A DNA stretch of 64,000 bases from Octopus sinensis (GCF_006345805.1 NC_043008.1:61690001-61754000); one strand, 5' to 3'; counted from the stretch's first letter, positions 13,016 to 27,737 are shown. Notes: generated from the sequence alone by a model not told the origin. Numbers and translations: made by a program.

Positions 13016-14068
13016 TACTGTAGTGACAGAGTTTGGATATGCACTATGTATGGTCCCTCATTTTCTAAATAATAATATTGATCAGTTCATCGAGAACAGT
13101 CCTTAATAATTGTTTGGATATTAAATGAATGAGTGTATAAATACACTTATTCAATTTATTGATTAATTGATAATAATAATAAATAAATTTAATAAATAAA
13201 ATAATAATTATTGTAGTACTGTATAGTTTATAAATTGTATTCTTATGACAACGATATTGTGTGTTACTTTTGAAAGTATTGATAGAGTTTGGTTATGTAC
13301 TACATATGGTCCCTCATTTTGTAAATAAGGTTATTGATTATTTCATCAAGAACAGTTCTTGATACCTCTTTGGTTATATTAGTGATTTCTATCGATTCAC
13401 TAAATTCTGCCTACCATAATATAGGAATTACAATCTTTATTTAAGTAAATTTGAACCGGTTACCCTTAAAAAGTTAGTAAATTTGATTTCTATTACTATA
13501 GCCAAAATATATATCTATGGGACACTTTGGTTATCACATTTACAACCTTAAGTTTATATTAATATTTATTACGGAATTCTCCCTACCATGAATTAAGTAA
13601 ACAAGCACGAAGTAAATAAGCACGTTGTTACCGAAATACAATTGGAAAAAGCCTGCCATTTGCATAGATACATAAAGGGTGAACATTTCTATATGCTACG
13701 TTGGACACATTGGTCGTTCATCAGGTATGTTGATTTTGTTAATTCGTTATAAATCTCGAATTATGCTTGCACTAGTTATTAAAAAGTGCATTACTGCACT
13801 AATTATGAAATCACGGTGATCTGCAGCTAAATTCTGTTTTTAAAAGACTTGCTTCGAGAGATGCATTCGGTATGATGTGTTTATTTATTTTGGTAGTTTT
13901 GACTTTAAGAGTCCCTCCTAGCGTGTGGCATTTATGTATATTAATGCCTTCTATATAATATAAATAAATATATTTAAGTGAAAAAATTGGTGGATTTTTC
14001 TCTTATGAGGCTTTTCACGCTAACTACTTGATAAATACTTATAAAGATTTTATCTTATTTTAAAATTG

Positions 14069-14102
<34 letters not shown>

Positions 14103-14117
14103 ATATATTATATATAT

Positions 14118-14167
<50 letters not shown>

Positions 14168-14382
14168 TGTAGGCAGCATGAACTATGACCGTCATGAAAT
14201 ATAACTGAGGGTTTTATAACCACATACATTGCTAGATATAAGTGCTAAGCACTCCAATGTTGCAGTCAAACCACATAATTGTACATATGCATGCTAACAG
14301 GGACCGTAATCTCCCAACAAGCACCGGTCGAGATGTTCCCAGATTGGTTTCTAACAAAGTAGGTGTTTATATCCCCCTCATA

Positions 14383-14616
14383 AAAGGCGGCGAGCTGGCA
14401 GACACGTTAGCGCGCCGGGCGAAATGCTTAGCGGTATTTCGTCTGTCGTTACGTTCTGAGTTCAAATTCCGCCGAGGTCCACTTTGCCTTTCATCCTTTC
14501 GGGGTCGATAAATAAAGTACCAGTTTCGAACTGGGGGCGATATAATCGACTAAATTCCTTCGTCTGTCCTTGTTTGTACCCTCTATGTTTAGTCCCTTCT
14601 GGGCAGTAAAGAAATA
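14383..14616 (+). mobile_element. Full-length tRNA-headed SINE with Nin/Deu-like central domain and 15-bp TSD
   Basis: Head ggcggcgagctggcag...gagttcaaattcc; domain gcctttcatcctttcggggtcgataaataaagtacc; TSD tatatccccctcata at 14368-14382 and 14617-14631. Confidence 0.9.
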
Positions 14617-17600
14617 TATATCCCCCTCATATATATTTAATGATGTGTGTATATATGTGTGTGTGTGTGCGCATGCGTGCGTGTGTATGTATGTGTGTGT
14701 ATGTGCATGTATGGTTATTTGGTTGCAGTTATTATATGTAGAAGGTTTTTCATCGATATACTTCAAATGCGATGTGAAGACGTTAGGATTCCGCTACTCG
14801 TATTTGCTTTGAGGCCTATAGTGTACCATTCATTATTACTTTCTTTAGTGTAACTTGTGTATGCCATCTAGAAAACGGCAACATGTTGTGTATTTCATAA
14901 ATGGTTTGTCAATTACTTCTCCTTGATTTCTTATTAGAGACGAGCATAAACTTTTTCTATTACATCATTGCTACAGTATTTGCTGGGTCCCTCTACATTT
15001 ATTTCATAAGCAGCAGAAAGAATATTATCATAAATACTACTTGATGTCAACTCACTTGCTGATGAAACCAAACCGTGAATGTAGATGTCATTTTGGGAAT
15101 AGCAGATTATAAAGTGAGAAGCAATGGATAATAACTTGAACAGCTTTTTTTCCGTTCAGCACAAATTTCTGTCAAACTTATATAAGGTTACACAGACATT
15201 AAGTATTCTTAATCAAAAATGCAAGCAATGACTCTGTATTATGAAACAAATTATGAAGTTTTGACATGATATTCAAAGTAGTGTTAGGGCTTTCTTACAT
15301 CAAGCAATGACTTTCGAAAGCTAAATGCCACCTACCATCTACAAAAATGTGGAAGTATCACACAGAATAGATAATTTTCAAGGAACATATATAAAATACA
15401 TCCGAGTGTATGTATAATATCTACCATAATTTCATCCAGTCAAATTCGAATATACGTTAGTTGAATATTGCATATAATTGGTATTGTACAATTAGGACTA
15501 CTTCGTTACATAGAAATTTCACCATTCCATACATGGTAAGCTATGCAGAAGTGATGATTGTACAGAACAAGAGAAAAAGTAAACCGAATTGAAATGGACA
15601 CGTATATAGGATGTATTAGTAACAAGTTCAGATCCCATATTGGATGATCTTGGATAAACTCAGCCAAAGTAAAAAGAAATGAGACACCAGGAGCCAATGG
15701 CTAATGAGGGATGGGTCGAGATTTTTCCGGTACCAGTTCAGTATCGGTAGAAGGCTATAAGTAGTAGTTTCTTCTACTTTTCCACCAATTTTTTGCATCA
15801 TTCCCACCAAGAATATTTCAAAACTCTTCCAGCTGCCATTGTAATTCCCACAGATAACAGCTTTTTAAAAGTCTTGTCTTTGAAACAAAACAATTGAAAA
15901 TTAATCATAGTTATATACTGGTCAAAATATCTCTGAACACAAGACAGCTCGGTCTAGAGTGAACTGTGGCGTCTCCAAAACTACAGCAGTTACTCTATCC
16001 ATGCCATTTATATAACAACGCCATTTATACAACAACAAAATATTTTCAATTGAGTAACAAGCAATAGCATCAACAGTCAAACTGAAGAATCGTAATAATT
16101 GTTAAATGTGAGGTTGTAGTAGAAATTTATAAATAATGTTATATGAGACAATCCTTTCGTATATGCACAGACAGATTGAATTAAAATCTGCTTCTCTGAA
16201 CTATTCATATAATTAATCTTCAGAAAGCAATTTGAAATATAATCCATTCACAACAGAATTTGCTTAGATTTGCAATTAAACTGCTTTAAATTAAATTAAA
16301 ATAAAACAAAGAAAGTTTTAAAGTACACTCGCTTAAAAGGACAGCACTGAAATGTCATCATCTACATGGATTTATAGAACAAATTTCCTGCCTCTTCGTG
16401 GGATGAAGTTATTACTGCCTCTTCGTGGGAGGAAGTTAATAAATGGTTCGTGGGATGAGTTATTATTCATCCCACGAACCACATTTTTTCTTGACTAATC
16501 GATGTCACAACAACACCAATGTAAACTAAAAGCATCACCTTTCCACTGCTACCCTACGAAGCCGTCAGCAGACCTGTATGTGTATGTGTGTGTGTTCTAT
16601 ATATGTTTATATACGAGTGAGAGAATATTGTTTCGACACTGCACTCACCTACCCCGTGATATATTACCAGATTGTAAACCAGGTAGACTAACGCGAGTAC
16701 CGGCCGAATGTCCATATACTTTACTGTTGTTCTATTATAGAAGCCAGTAAATAACGCAGTTCGAATCAGGTTCCCCTCTTCTTTCTCGCATGAATTTTAA
16801 CTTGCATATGTGTTAACTATATTTGCATGAAGTGTTGCAGCCTTTGCATGAAAGGCTGCAACACTTGTTCTTCCAGGCTGAATTGTATAGCATGGACATT
16901 CCATTTAATATTATGTAATAGCGACATTGAATAAGTGTCTGGATGTTCGTAAGAGAATCAGAAATAATGTGCCGTTTCTTTTCTGTGTCTCCCATTTTTT
17001 CTTACGTGTCTCCACAATGCAGAGCTTCCTCTCCTGTTTTTGTGTCCGGAAATTTCTTAAGAGTGCTAAAAATGCATTACGGTTTCACATCTTTATGTGA
17101 GAATGCTAGACTGTATGTTGTATCTGCATTGTTACAGCACAAGAAGAGTTCCCTGCCATTTCTCAGGTTTTGTTGATATCCTCGAAATAAAACGGGTTTA
17201 CCATTACCCATCAAGCTCAGTGCAATGTAGCTGTAACTCCAACAGCCAAGATATTTGCTGTATGACTCAACCAATCAAATCATTGTGTGGTTGTCTCTGA
17301 ATTTCTAATGCTAGTGTCACGACACTTCCACATGTGACACCATTCCCCTAGATATGGTGTAGATGATTAATTAATTAGCTTGGCCAGTAACAGCCTTCGC
17401 CCGATCAACACATTTTGATGCGCAGTTTCCACTTATTGTCTGTCTCATCGATTATGTACTTTGAACAAATCAACTCGATAAGAAATTCTGTTATATTTTG
17501 TTTCTTATTAATGACCTGTACGGACACCGCATTTCATTATGCAACCATAATATCCTACAAAGTATATTAAAACGTTTTTTTATAACTCAATACTGTGTTC

Positions 17601-18564
17601 TACTGTGTTAGCAGTGCTATTATATCACTTGCTATGGATACCTCTACGGATTTCCTATAAAAATTGTAACCCGCACTAATAATGTTATATCATCTCGAAT
17701 CCGAGACGCCTGATGTATATAACGATCAGATCGGTGATGAAAAATATGTAATGGAAATATATTCCATATTACAGGAGATTGTGCTCCTTCATCACAACCA
17801 ATGCAATCCATTAATCAATGCTGGCTATTATTTCTATAGAAGATCTGTAGAAATAACCATAACAAATAATTGTTATTTCTTAATTACCTCTTTAATGCAA
17901 CTATCTGAACGGTACTTCTGTGTATTTATCGTCTCATCAATTCTACATTTTTAGAAAATCCGCTATGCATCCTTCTAAATTTCCTGTGGGACTTTTATCT
18001 CACTATATTGAGGAGTAAACGGAAGCATATACGTCTTTGATGCGCTCATAAATAAACGGAAAAGTCCATACTTTTCCAATACAGTTGCTTATACAGCGAA
18101 AATATTACTCTATTTCTAACATAGTTTATATTTTTCATCGCATAATTGTTTACTGCATGATCTTTGAGTTGAATATATTAACTGAAATGCTTTTTATGTA
18201 GGTGATGTCTCTGGATAATCAATTTCTGAAAAAATTGTGGCACAAAGCATTGGATTGAAAGGAGGAATAAATAGCGAGAATTAATGAGAAACGGTGCAAG
18301 GTACTCAATAATGTGTGACAAAACATTATCCTTGTAACTATTCCTGTATTAGAAATATAATTTTGTAATTCTATATTTCCAGAATTATATACAAAAGACA
18401 AAATGGCAAAGAAAAGGTATCTCCGTGCTCGTGTACTATTTTAGAAGTAGTATTTACGTGTCTCGAAATGAACTATCTCTGAAACATTACGGGATATTCA
18501 ACACTGACATATATTTGTACTATACGTATGTACTATTAGTAATAGTCTGGGGCTAAACAACAAC

Positions 18565-18672
18565 ATCGGCAATAATAATAACAACAACAACAACAGAAAC
18601 AACAACAACAGAAACAACAACAACGATAACAACAAAAACAGCAACAACAATAACAACTAAACAAAACAACAA
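18565..18672. repeat. Imperfect (AAC)n microsatellite
   Basis: Read directly. Confidence 0.9.
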
Positions 18673-19553
18673 AAGAAGAACATAGCACTCACGATAGAAA
18701 AAGAGAAATATATAATAATATAACAAAAGGACAACACGAAGTAAATATGAACATCAGCAAGAGACAAATACAATTTCATATAAAAACGAAAGTGGTAAAC
18801 AAACAATACCATCAAGTCAAAGTATTACGTATGAAAGATCTGAAGAATTTTCCAATTGAAATCTTCACAAGTTTAAGCTTTTGCCAATAATGGTCAATTT
18901 AAATGTTTGGTGGGAAGTCGCAATTGAAAATTGATTTTGGCAGCGAAAATAAAACAGCGAGACTACAGTGTACAAGGACAAAGGAAATGTTCACTTTTAA
19001 ACACAAATGCATTTATGTGCTTCTCTGCTGACACTAATTTTTTATTGTATGTTCTTTAGAAAATAATCTAATCAATTCTTTCTCTCAACCCTGGCGTATT
19101 TCCCTTTATTTTTGTTTCACTCTCCTACCAACACTCATTGCCCTTGCCATAATATTTAACTTATCATTTTCAGAGTTTCCATTACGGCTATTTCACACTA
19201 TCCTGAGATTTGGTTTATGTATTTTTTTCCTTTCGAGCTAAATCATTAAATTCGTGCCACAATGTTTTGCTGTATCATTCAAAACGACTCTGTTATCTCT
19301 CTACCTTCGTTTTCTAAATTCATTCATCTTTTACGTGAACCATTTGCTTAAATTACATTCTCTCAATAGGAAAATTTCATTTCCCTTCCTTTTGAAACCT
19401 TATCAAGCTCTTTATTTTGAAAAATGAACCTTTGCTTCAAAACCTTTCCAGCTCCCTCACACTCGTTCTCTCTCTCTCTCTCCCGCTCTCTCTCCTTCAG
19501 TTTCAAGTTCTCTTTCCGGGCATCTCAGTAAACATACTTTATACTTATTCAGC

Positions 19554-19810
<257 letters not shown>

Positions 19811-20096
19811 AATACATCTATACATATGTTTATGTCATTCTGAATGTGTGTGTGCATGCGTATGCCTGTATTCTCTATAAATTTACTTAACCTTGTCGTT
19901 GGACATGAGCATTCAGAAACTCATTTTAGCATGTCTTTGTTTTAATCACCATAGAAAATGTATTTAAAATAATAGCATACTATATATCAACATCTTTAAA
20001 CGTACAAAAAGTTGAATATTTAAAATGGTAACGCTATCTACACTTTTATAAACGCAAAGCTAATACACAAAGGATTATATACCCCACTCATTGAGG

Positions 20097-20140
<44 letters not shown>

Positions 20141-20713
20141 ACCAACCAAAAATATATAGATGAGTTTGAAGTTGAGATATATGTATATGTATGCGTATAC
20201 TACTTAAGACTAGGATCGTGGCGATGTTTTCTGTTTACTTTCCTTGTGTGCATCTTTCAGTAGCCCCTTTAAATCTTTGCTTGTGTGCATACTTAGATAC
20301 TAATTTCAATGCTGTAATAGGCTTAACAGCACGATTATAAATGTTCACCAGGTGTTCATATTCTTCTCTATGGTTTCAAAGTTTGGCAAACCGATATTAT
20401 TTGTTAGATAAGTGTCTCACTTATACTAAGTATGGTCATTTTTTGTCATGAGGAGCAAGGAACAAAACTCATAAACTGAAATGGTTTATAGAGTAAATTG
20501 TGATGAGTAGTGGATGTGATCATTAGAAAATACCAATTTTTCATACTTACTCAGTTAAACCTATTTTCTCATAGGCATAGACATCCAAACGATGTTCATG
20601 ATACGTGTGTGTCAAAATACACTCACACAGAGACACGCACGCACATATGTATACTATGTATGCGGGAAGAGAGAAACAGAGAGAGAGAGAGAGAGGGGGG
20701 AGAGAGTCATCTC

Positions 20714-20878
20714 TAGGGTCGTCTATGCAGCATTATAGGGCCTCGGGCAAATTAATGCACTGGGCCCTATAATAGTATTTTATTGACAGCAAGCTGAAGC
20801 GTACGTAGATCGGAATTGCGCCCCTAGACCGGTAAGTCTCATGGGTAGCTGCTCAATGTAACCACTAGAACGACTATG
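20714..20878. mobile_element. Possible degenerate hAT-type MITE
   Basis: Start tagggtcgtc resembles a CAGGGCCGTC-type hAT terminus; the end acgactatg is weakly complementary; no TSD found. Confidence 0.3.
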
Positions 20879-21653
20879 GTTTAGTAGCCTCTAGCATATT
20901 TTTTATTAATTCCATAATTTTTTGGGCATATATACACTCTTCAACTCCGTTTGATTAAACAATCTGAACATCAAGGATGTGATAGCTGGAAAAAAAATTT
21001 GCATTGCCAGCACTGAGCAAAGCGTACTTTTTGGAGGAGAGGAAAATGGAATAACCTGAGATGAAGTACCATGATAAAGGTCGGAATAAATTGCTTACTC
21101 TGAGAATTGAACAATCGTCATACTCATCCACCAATCCCCCCCCCTAAAAAAACAGATCCGACAACTCTTCCCTATAAATACACACATACATATGTATGTA
21201 CATATATGCAACAACATCAGTAACGAATTTCTTTGTTTTTTGAAGCGTGGAATATATATTTTATCACACTCAATGTGTATCATACGATACGCATTCGACG
21301 CTTCATTTCTTTACGTATGTTGTTGCATATATTTTGAATGCAGTATAGCCGTGAAGACAGCAGAAAAATTGGGTATTTTACCCTTATATGACGGGAAAAT
21401 ATTGCCAGCAAACAGCCACGTGACTGGAACCCGAACCTCCCGTATCTACCCTAACAATTAAGCTAAACTGACTACCCTACCAATTAAGCTAAACTGCCTC
21501 TTCACAACAATTCCTGCCAAATTTACCCAATTAACAACATATATTAACAAACTGTTTTCACGGTCAAACTCACTTTCTTATCTATGATACGATACTTACT
21601 GTATGATGCGATATACATTCGCTGCTTCCAAAAAAAAAAAATAAGCAACAGAG

Positions 21654-21792
21654 TTCAGTTGGTACTTATTTTATCAATCCCGAAGAAGTGAAGGTCAAAG
21701 TCGACGTCGGTGGAATTTGAACTCAGATCGTAAAGACGGACAAAAGGCAGCCAAATATTTTGCCCGGATCGCTAACGATGCTAGCAGCATCG
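21654..21792 (-). mobile_element. Degenerate Nin-type SINE fragment
   Basis: ggtacttattttatcaatcccgaa...aaagtcgacgtcggtggaatttgaactcag resembles the reverse complement of 14383-14520. Confidence 0.8.
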
Positions 21793-23069
21793 ATAGAAAT
21801 CCGGAATAATAATAATGATAGTATACAACACAACATTCACCGAGTTCTTAGAGCTTCAAGCACAAATAACGCGAATATAAATCCCTACGTATTAACAATA
21901 TTTTGAAATTATTTTCCTGGCTCAAGTGGTGAAAGCATATGCAAATACCTGTATGCTTTTATCGAACTGTTATACATATATATATATATGTGTGTAATTC
22001 ATATATTAGTATCAAAACATCACAGATTCTTGGTTCTTCAAATGAAGATACACAGAATAAACCTGTTCTGTTTCTGGCACTTTGAATCACCATTGTACTT
22101 ATCCAAGTATACTGGACCTAAGGGACAGATTAACATTCATTCAGTATCGACCGAGGAACCATTGGTTTCGAAATGTAGCAGAATATAAAAGAAATGTTTG
22201 ACATTGATTAACTAAATAAACAGCAATTATGTATTTCGTTTCAATCAGCATATTGACATATCAATATCATTTTGAATATTTTAGTGTATATTCTCTTGAC
22301 AGTTTGGCGTATGTTGTCAAATATAATGTGATGGGCTAGACATTATATTATTGTAAATATGAACATTGTTTGATAAAGCAAATGCCATAGATTTACTTCC
22401 AGAATAACAGCGTGTTTATACATATTGCAGAAGAAAATAAGAAATAGACGAAAATTGAATAGAAGTGAATTGTTAGATCAAACGGTGTACTCATTTCAGC
22501 TACAAGATAAGATGAAATTGTTTCTAAACATTTGATGTTAAGATATAAATTAATGAACTGTAAACATAAATATCTGTAATAGGCTACAACGAGAATATAA
22601 AGGAGTGAGAATTGATTTATAAAATGTCAGACAAAGGTAGCTGAGTAATGGTAAACAGAATAAACTTCGAGATAAATTGAAATATGTTATTTTACGTTAT
22701 ATACATATAACGCTTTGTGATGTTTGTGAATTAAAACGACTGAATAAATATAACAAGGAATAGACGGAATTTGGGTCAAATCACTATATTGATGCTATAT
22801 TTAGGTATGGTCCTTTCTTAGATGTTGTACATCATAATCTATTGCTTGGATCCATATAGTACTTTAGCTACATATTTTTGTTGGTTGGAAGTGAGGTTAG
22901 CACTGGAGGGGTGCCTCACAAATTCCTTACATAGTCGTGGAAAGGAAATTAGCGGGAACAATAATCTCTGAAGAAGTAACAATGCGGTACCATATTTTAC
23001 TAATGATATAAATCTTTTTTCTTGTTCACGATACAATTCTCACCATAGCAGTTTTCTTTTTGTCTTTAA

Positions 23070-23159
<90 letters not shown>

Positions 23160-24027
23160 ATTACAACGAAAAATGCGGATGTATGCATGTTAATATTCTT
23201 AAACTATTACACCTGGAAAAGTACAGACCAGGATTTCTACAGTGGAATTTGTCTAATTCGTCACTTCTAAAGTAAACTAAAAAGTACTTAGAATTAAAAT
23301 TCTACTGTACTTAAAATATTGCAGCTGACAATAACATTTTTTAAATTTACTATAGTTTATTAAAACAAAAATTATAAAAACATTACTTTTTTCTATAATA
23401 AACCCTTCCGATTTGAAGCCTATGGGCTTATATTCAGAAAAACAAATTTAAGCAAATTTATTCATGTCTGTGTTTGAGCCCATGGGCGCAACATTTTAAA
23501 AAGAGAGAACAGTATTTTGATTTTTTTTAAATACAGTAGAATTCGCCTAATTAATCAACCCTAGAAGAAAATTGAAAGTGACGAATTAGGTGAAGTAACA
23601 AGGTAGCCAAATACAAATTAGGCAATTTCAGCTGTATTAATGCCAATAAATTTTAATTTTGATTTACGTTTTAATCTGCAAGAATTGACTTAGAAAATGG
23701 TTGATTTCAAACCATTTAATGACCATTTTTTGCAATCAATCTTTTCTTTTTATTGTAATGGGATTTCAATTGAAGTGAAAGAAAATCTGTGCAATATTAT
23801 TTACAACTTCATATTTTATTGTTTGTACTTGATACATATAAATGAAATAACTATTTCAATTGTATATTTCAAAATACATGATTTCATTTTTTTATTCAAA
23901 TTTATTTTTTTATATTTTTGTATTATGTTTTTAAATATTTACTGTTTTTTAATATTCTCATAATAAATAGAATAATCTCAAATTTACGTAATATAACGTA
24001 TTTTAATTTTTCAAAATGTTATTCACA

Positions 24028-24266
24028 GGCATATGGCGTAGTGGTTAAGAGCGTGGGCTACTAACCTCAAGATTCCGACTTCGTATTCCAGACAGTGACC
24101 TGAATGATAATAATAATAATGATAATAATAATAAAGATAATAATAATAATAATGATGATAATAATAATAATGATAGTAACATCGAAAAATACGTTAGGAA
24201 TGAGAACCCAAGTTCGAAATTTCCCCAAGACACCTGATGAAACCTGGAGGGTATATCATGCCGAAA
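24028..24266 (+). mobile_element. tRNA-headed SINE with internal (TAA)n and a terminal hammerhead-like core
   Basis: A-box tggcgtagtgg and degenerate B-box region gattccgacttcgtattcc; then (TAA)n; then CTGATGA (24234-40)...GAAA (24263-66). Confidence 0.7.
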
Positions 24267-24394
24267 ATTCTAGCTTCTAAAGCCTATATTCTGGTTAGGT
24301 GAAAAGGATTAAACGTTGAACCACAGTAACATTTTTCTGCAATTAGTATGTATGTATGCATGTATGTATGTATACATGTACATATATATGTATG

Positions 24395-24464
<70 letters not shown>

Positions 24465-25061
24465 GAATATATGTGTGTGTGTGTGTATGAGTCTCTGAGT
24501 GAGTGTTTATTTATCATGGACAGCAGAAGAGTATCCACTTGCCATCTCAGTTGTTGCCAACTTAACCCCTCTCTACTTCAAGCCACGTATTCTTCACACT
24601 CATTTTTGTTCCTACTCATGGGTGTTTTCAAAATAACTTATGTGTATGTACATATGTATCTGTGTTTGTGTGTGTGCAACGAATGTATGCAACGTTGCGT
24701 GTATATTCCTGAAGTTGATTTCAGGCGTTATACTTCATATATTTCAAATCTCTACTTTTTTCTACTGAGTCAAATTTCAAATTTTGTAGTTCAAAATGTA
24801 GCATAGGAGGTCACCACTGTAAAAATGTGGAAACATTATCAAATTTGGTTACAGAAAATTGAATTGTTGACAAAGCGTAGAAGTGGACGTGAGTGAGTTA
24901 ATGTTGACCTTAAAAATATTATTCACATACTACTGTATGTGAATGATACTTATTACAATATATATTTATTACATTATAGTATATTTTATGAATATGATGT
25001 AGATCTTTGAAAGATACCAAAATACTGAATTGAATCAAACATTTTGCAGTATTGGTTTCCA

Positions 25062-25255
25062 ATTTTGGCAGGAGGCCATCAAATCCGGAGGGGAGGGAAG
25101 TCGACGACATCGACATCAATACTCAGCTGATACTAATTTATAGTGTACCAAAAAGATAAATGGCAAATACGACCTTGGTTCAATTGGAACTTAGAATATA
25201 GAGGCAGACGAAATGCCGTGAATATTTCACCTTGTGTGTTACCGACTCTGCCAGT
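25062..25255 (-). mobile_element. Highly degenerate Nin-type SINE
   Basis: aagtcgac...atttatagtgtacc...aaaggc-like motifs, gcagacgaaatgcc...tatttcacc; similar to the 32761 copy. Confidence 0.55.
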
Positions 25256-25337
25256 TCGTTGTTTTAGTACTATAATATGTAATAATATTACATAAAAATT
25301 GTTTTATGTACGTTTGGCACATTTAGCTTATATAATA

Positions 25338-25547
25338 ACTCTCTTTACTCTTTTACTTGTTTCAGTCAAGTGACTATGGCCATGCTGGAGCACCGCCTTT
25401 AGTCGAACAAATCAACCCCAGGACTTATTTTTGTAACCCTAGTACTTATTCTATCGAACTCTATTGCCGAACCGCTAAGTTACAGGGACGTAAACACACC
25501 AGTATCGGTTGTCAACCGATGTTGGGGTGACAAACACAGATACACAA

Positions 25548-25596
<49 letters not shown>

Positions 25597-25795
25597 TATA
25601 TATTATATATATATATATATATACATATACTTATACATATACACAACTGGCTTCTTTCAGTTTCCGACTACCAAATCCACTCACAAGGCTTTGGACGGCT
25701 CGAGGCTATAGTAGACGACACTTGTCCAAGTTGCCACGCAGTGGGACTGAACCCGGAACCATGTGGTTGGTAAGCAGGCTACTTGTTACCACACC
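25338..25795 (-). mobile_element. CORE-like (octopus OR-type) composite SINE: tRNA head + microsatellite + tail module
   Basis: Reverse complement of the 35997-36452 architecture; cacttgtccaag is a CORE-like ttgggcaagtg variant; internal (CA)/(TA) repeat. Confidence 0.88.
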
Positions 25796-27159
25796 ATTTT
25801 GCATATTTTTTAAAAACATTAGTATCACGATATTCCTCTTCATGTGTTCAATCATATGAGCTAAAGAAAGACAACGTTTTTACACAAAAACAAAATGTTT
25901 AGGTCTTGAATTTGCTTTGTAAGCATTACCACTGTTTTCAGCACATTTGGCCCCAGTAGCTTTTTATAAAAAAGTGTTTTTCATATCATAAGCATCGTGG
26001 GATTCATGTAGTCGAGAGGTATCAGAAAAGTTAAATTTAAATATAGTTTTCTCTTTAAAGAAGTGAAATATTTGGAGTCATCTCGATTTCAGGCGTTAAT
26101 CTTCTTTCGCCTGATTTTACCTCAGTACGTTTTTTCGACTGAATATTTTTGCATATAACTAACATGGATAGATTTCTGTCGTCGAGATCTATCATACAAG
26201 CTAAAATATAATATGGGTTTATTTTTTTTTTTTAAATCGAACTCACAGTCGATTTCAAGCGTTATTCTCCCGTTTGAAACCTCACATATTTGACTTAAAC
26301 ACCTTTGTATTGTATCAGTTTTCAAAATTTTAACACGAAATGTAGTTTATGATGTGCAATCTCACAATGTAAACATCATCTAATCTGGGGAAAAAAAGTG
26401 GTCGTTGGTGATTAAATGCTGACCTCTACTAGAATAGATTTCACACACGGTAGTGTGTGAATGATGTTTTCTAAAGGAATAACACTACGACATTCGTTGT
26501 GATGAGATCATCATACGAGGTAACAAAAAAATTAGACTTTAAATTTGATTTTAGGCGATACAACCGTTTTCGAAATATTTGACCCCAGTTTTTTTTTTAT
26601 TTAACAATTATTTTTTTTGTCTAAGTGGCATCATCAGATTCAACTAGTGGAGATCTATGAGAAAAGTTGAATTTAAATATAGTTTTCATTTGAAAGAAGA
26701 ATAATATTTGGAGCCAAAATTGATTTCAGACGTTCATTTTTCTTCGCCTGTTTTCACATCAGTACTTTTTTCTACTGAATATTTTACCATATAGCTAACA
26801 TGGATAGAACCCTGTTGCTGAAATCTATTATACCAACTAAAATAAGACGTAGATTCCTTATCATATATATTATATATATATATATATTATATATATATAT
26901 ATATATATATTCGACTCAAAATCTATTTCAGTTTTTGACCTCAATATTTTTTCTGAACCCTATTTTTTTATGGAAGAGATTTTCAAATTTTTTAGCAGAA
27001 AACGTAGCTTAGAATGCAATCAATCTAAAAATGTTAACACCATCTAATTTGGTTAAAGACTCACTTAGTGACAAAGCCCAGAAGTGGTCGCCAGTGAGTA
27101 AATGTTGACCTCAACAATATTATTCACACATGGTAGTGCATGAATCATATATATGTATT

Positions 27160-27547
27160 ACTCTCTTTTACCTGTTTCAGTCATTTGACTGCGACCATGC
27201 TGGAGCACCGCCTTTAGTCGAGCAAATCGACCCCGGGACTAATTCTTTGAAAACCCAGTACTTATTCTATCGGTCTCTTTTGCCGAACCGCTTAGTGACG
27301 GGTACGTAAACACATCGGTTGTCAAGCAATGCTAGGGGGACAAACACACAGACATACAGACATATACATATATATACATATATACGACAGGCTTCTTTCA
27401 GTTTCCGTCTACCAAATCCACTCACAAGGCATTGGTCGGCCCGGAACTATAGCAGAAGACACTTGCCCAAGATGCCACGCAGTGGGACTGAACCCTAAAC
27501 CATGTGGTTGGTTAGCAAGCTACTTACCACACAGCCACTCCTGCGCC
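27160..27547 (-). mobile_element. CORE-like composite SINE, full length
   Basis: Reverse complement begins ggcgcaggagtggctgtgtggtaagtagcttgc; contains cttgggcaagtgtcttc and the tail ggtgctccagcatggtcgcagtcaaatgactgaaacag. Confidence 0.9.
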
Positions 27548-27549
27548 TG

Positions 27550-27649
<100 letters not shown>

Positions 27650-27704
27650 CATATATATACATATATATATATATATACATATATATACATATATATATAT
27701 ATTC

Positions 27705-27737
<33 letters not shown>

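Noticed and set aside
15490-15890. Possible Gypsy integrase relic
   Set aside because: Only vague similarity; no clear HHCC or DDE motifs.
18839-18870. ctgaaga...gaaa hammerhead-like spacing
   Set aside because: No stem III/NUH or stem I; it is a simple local hairpin.
22810-23040. Possible CR1/L2 RT relic (FLDVVHHNLL, GGVPH, FTND)
   Set aside because: Motifs are too degenerate to call without a profile search.
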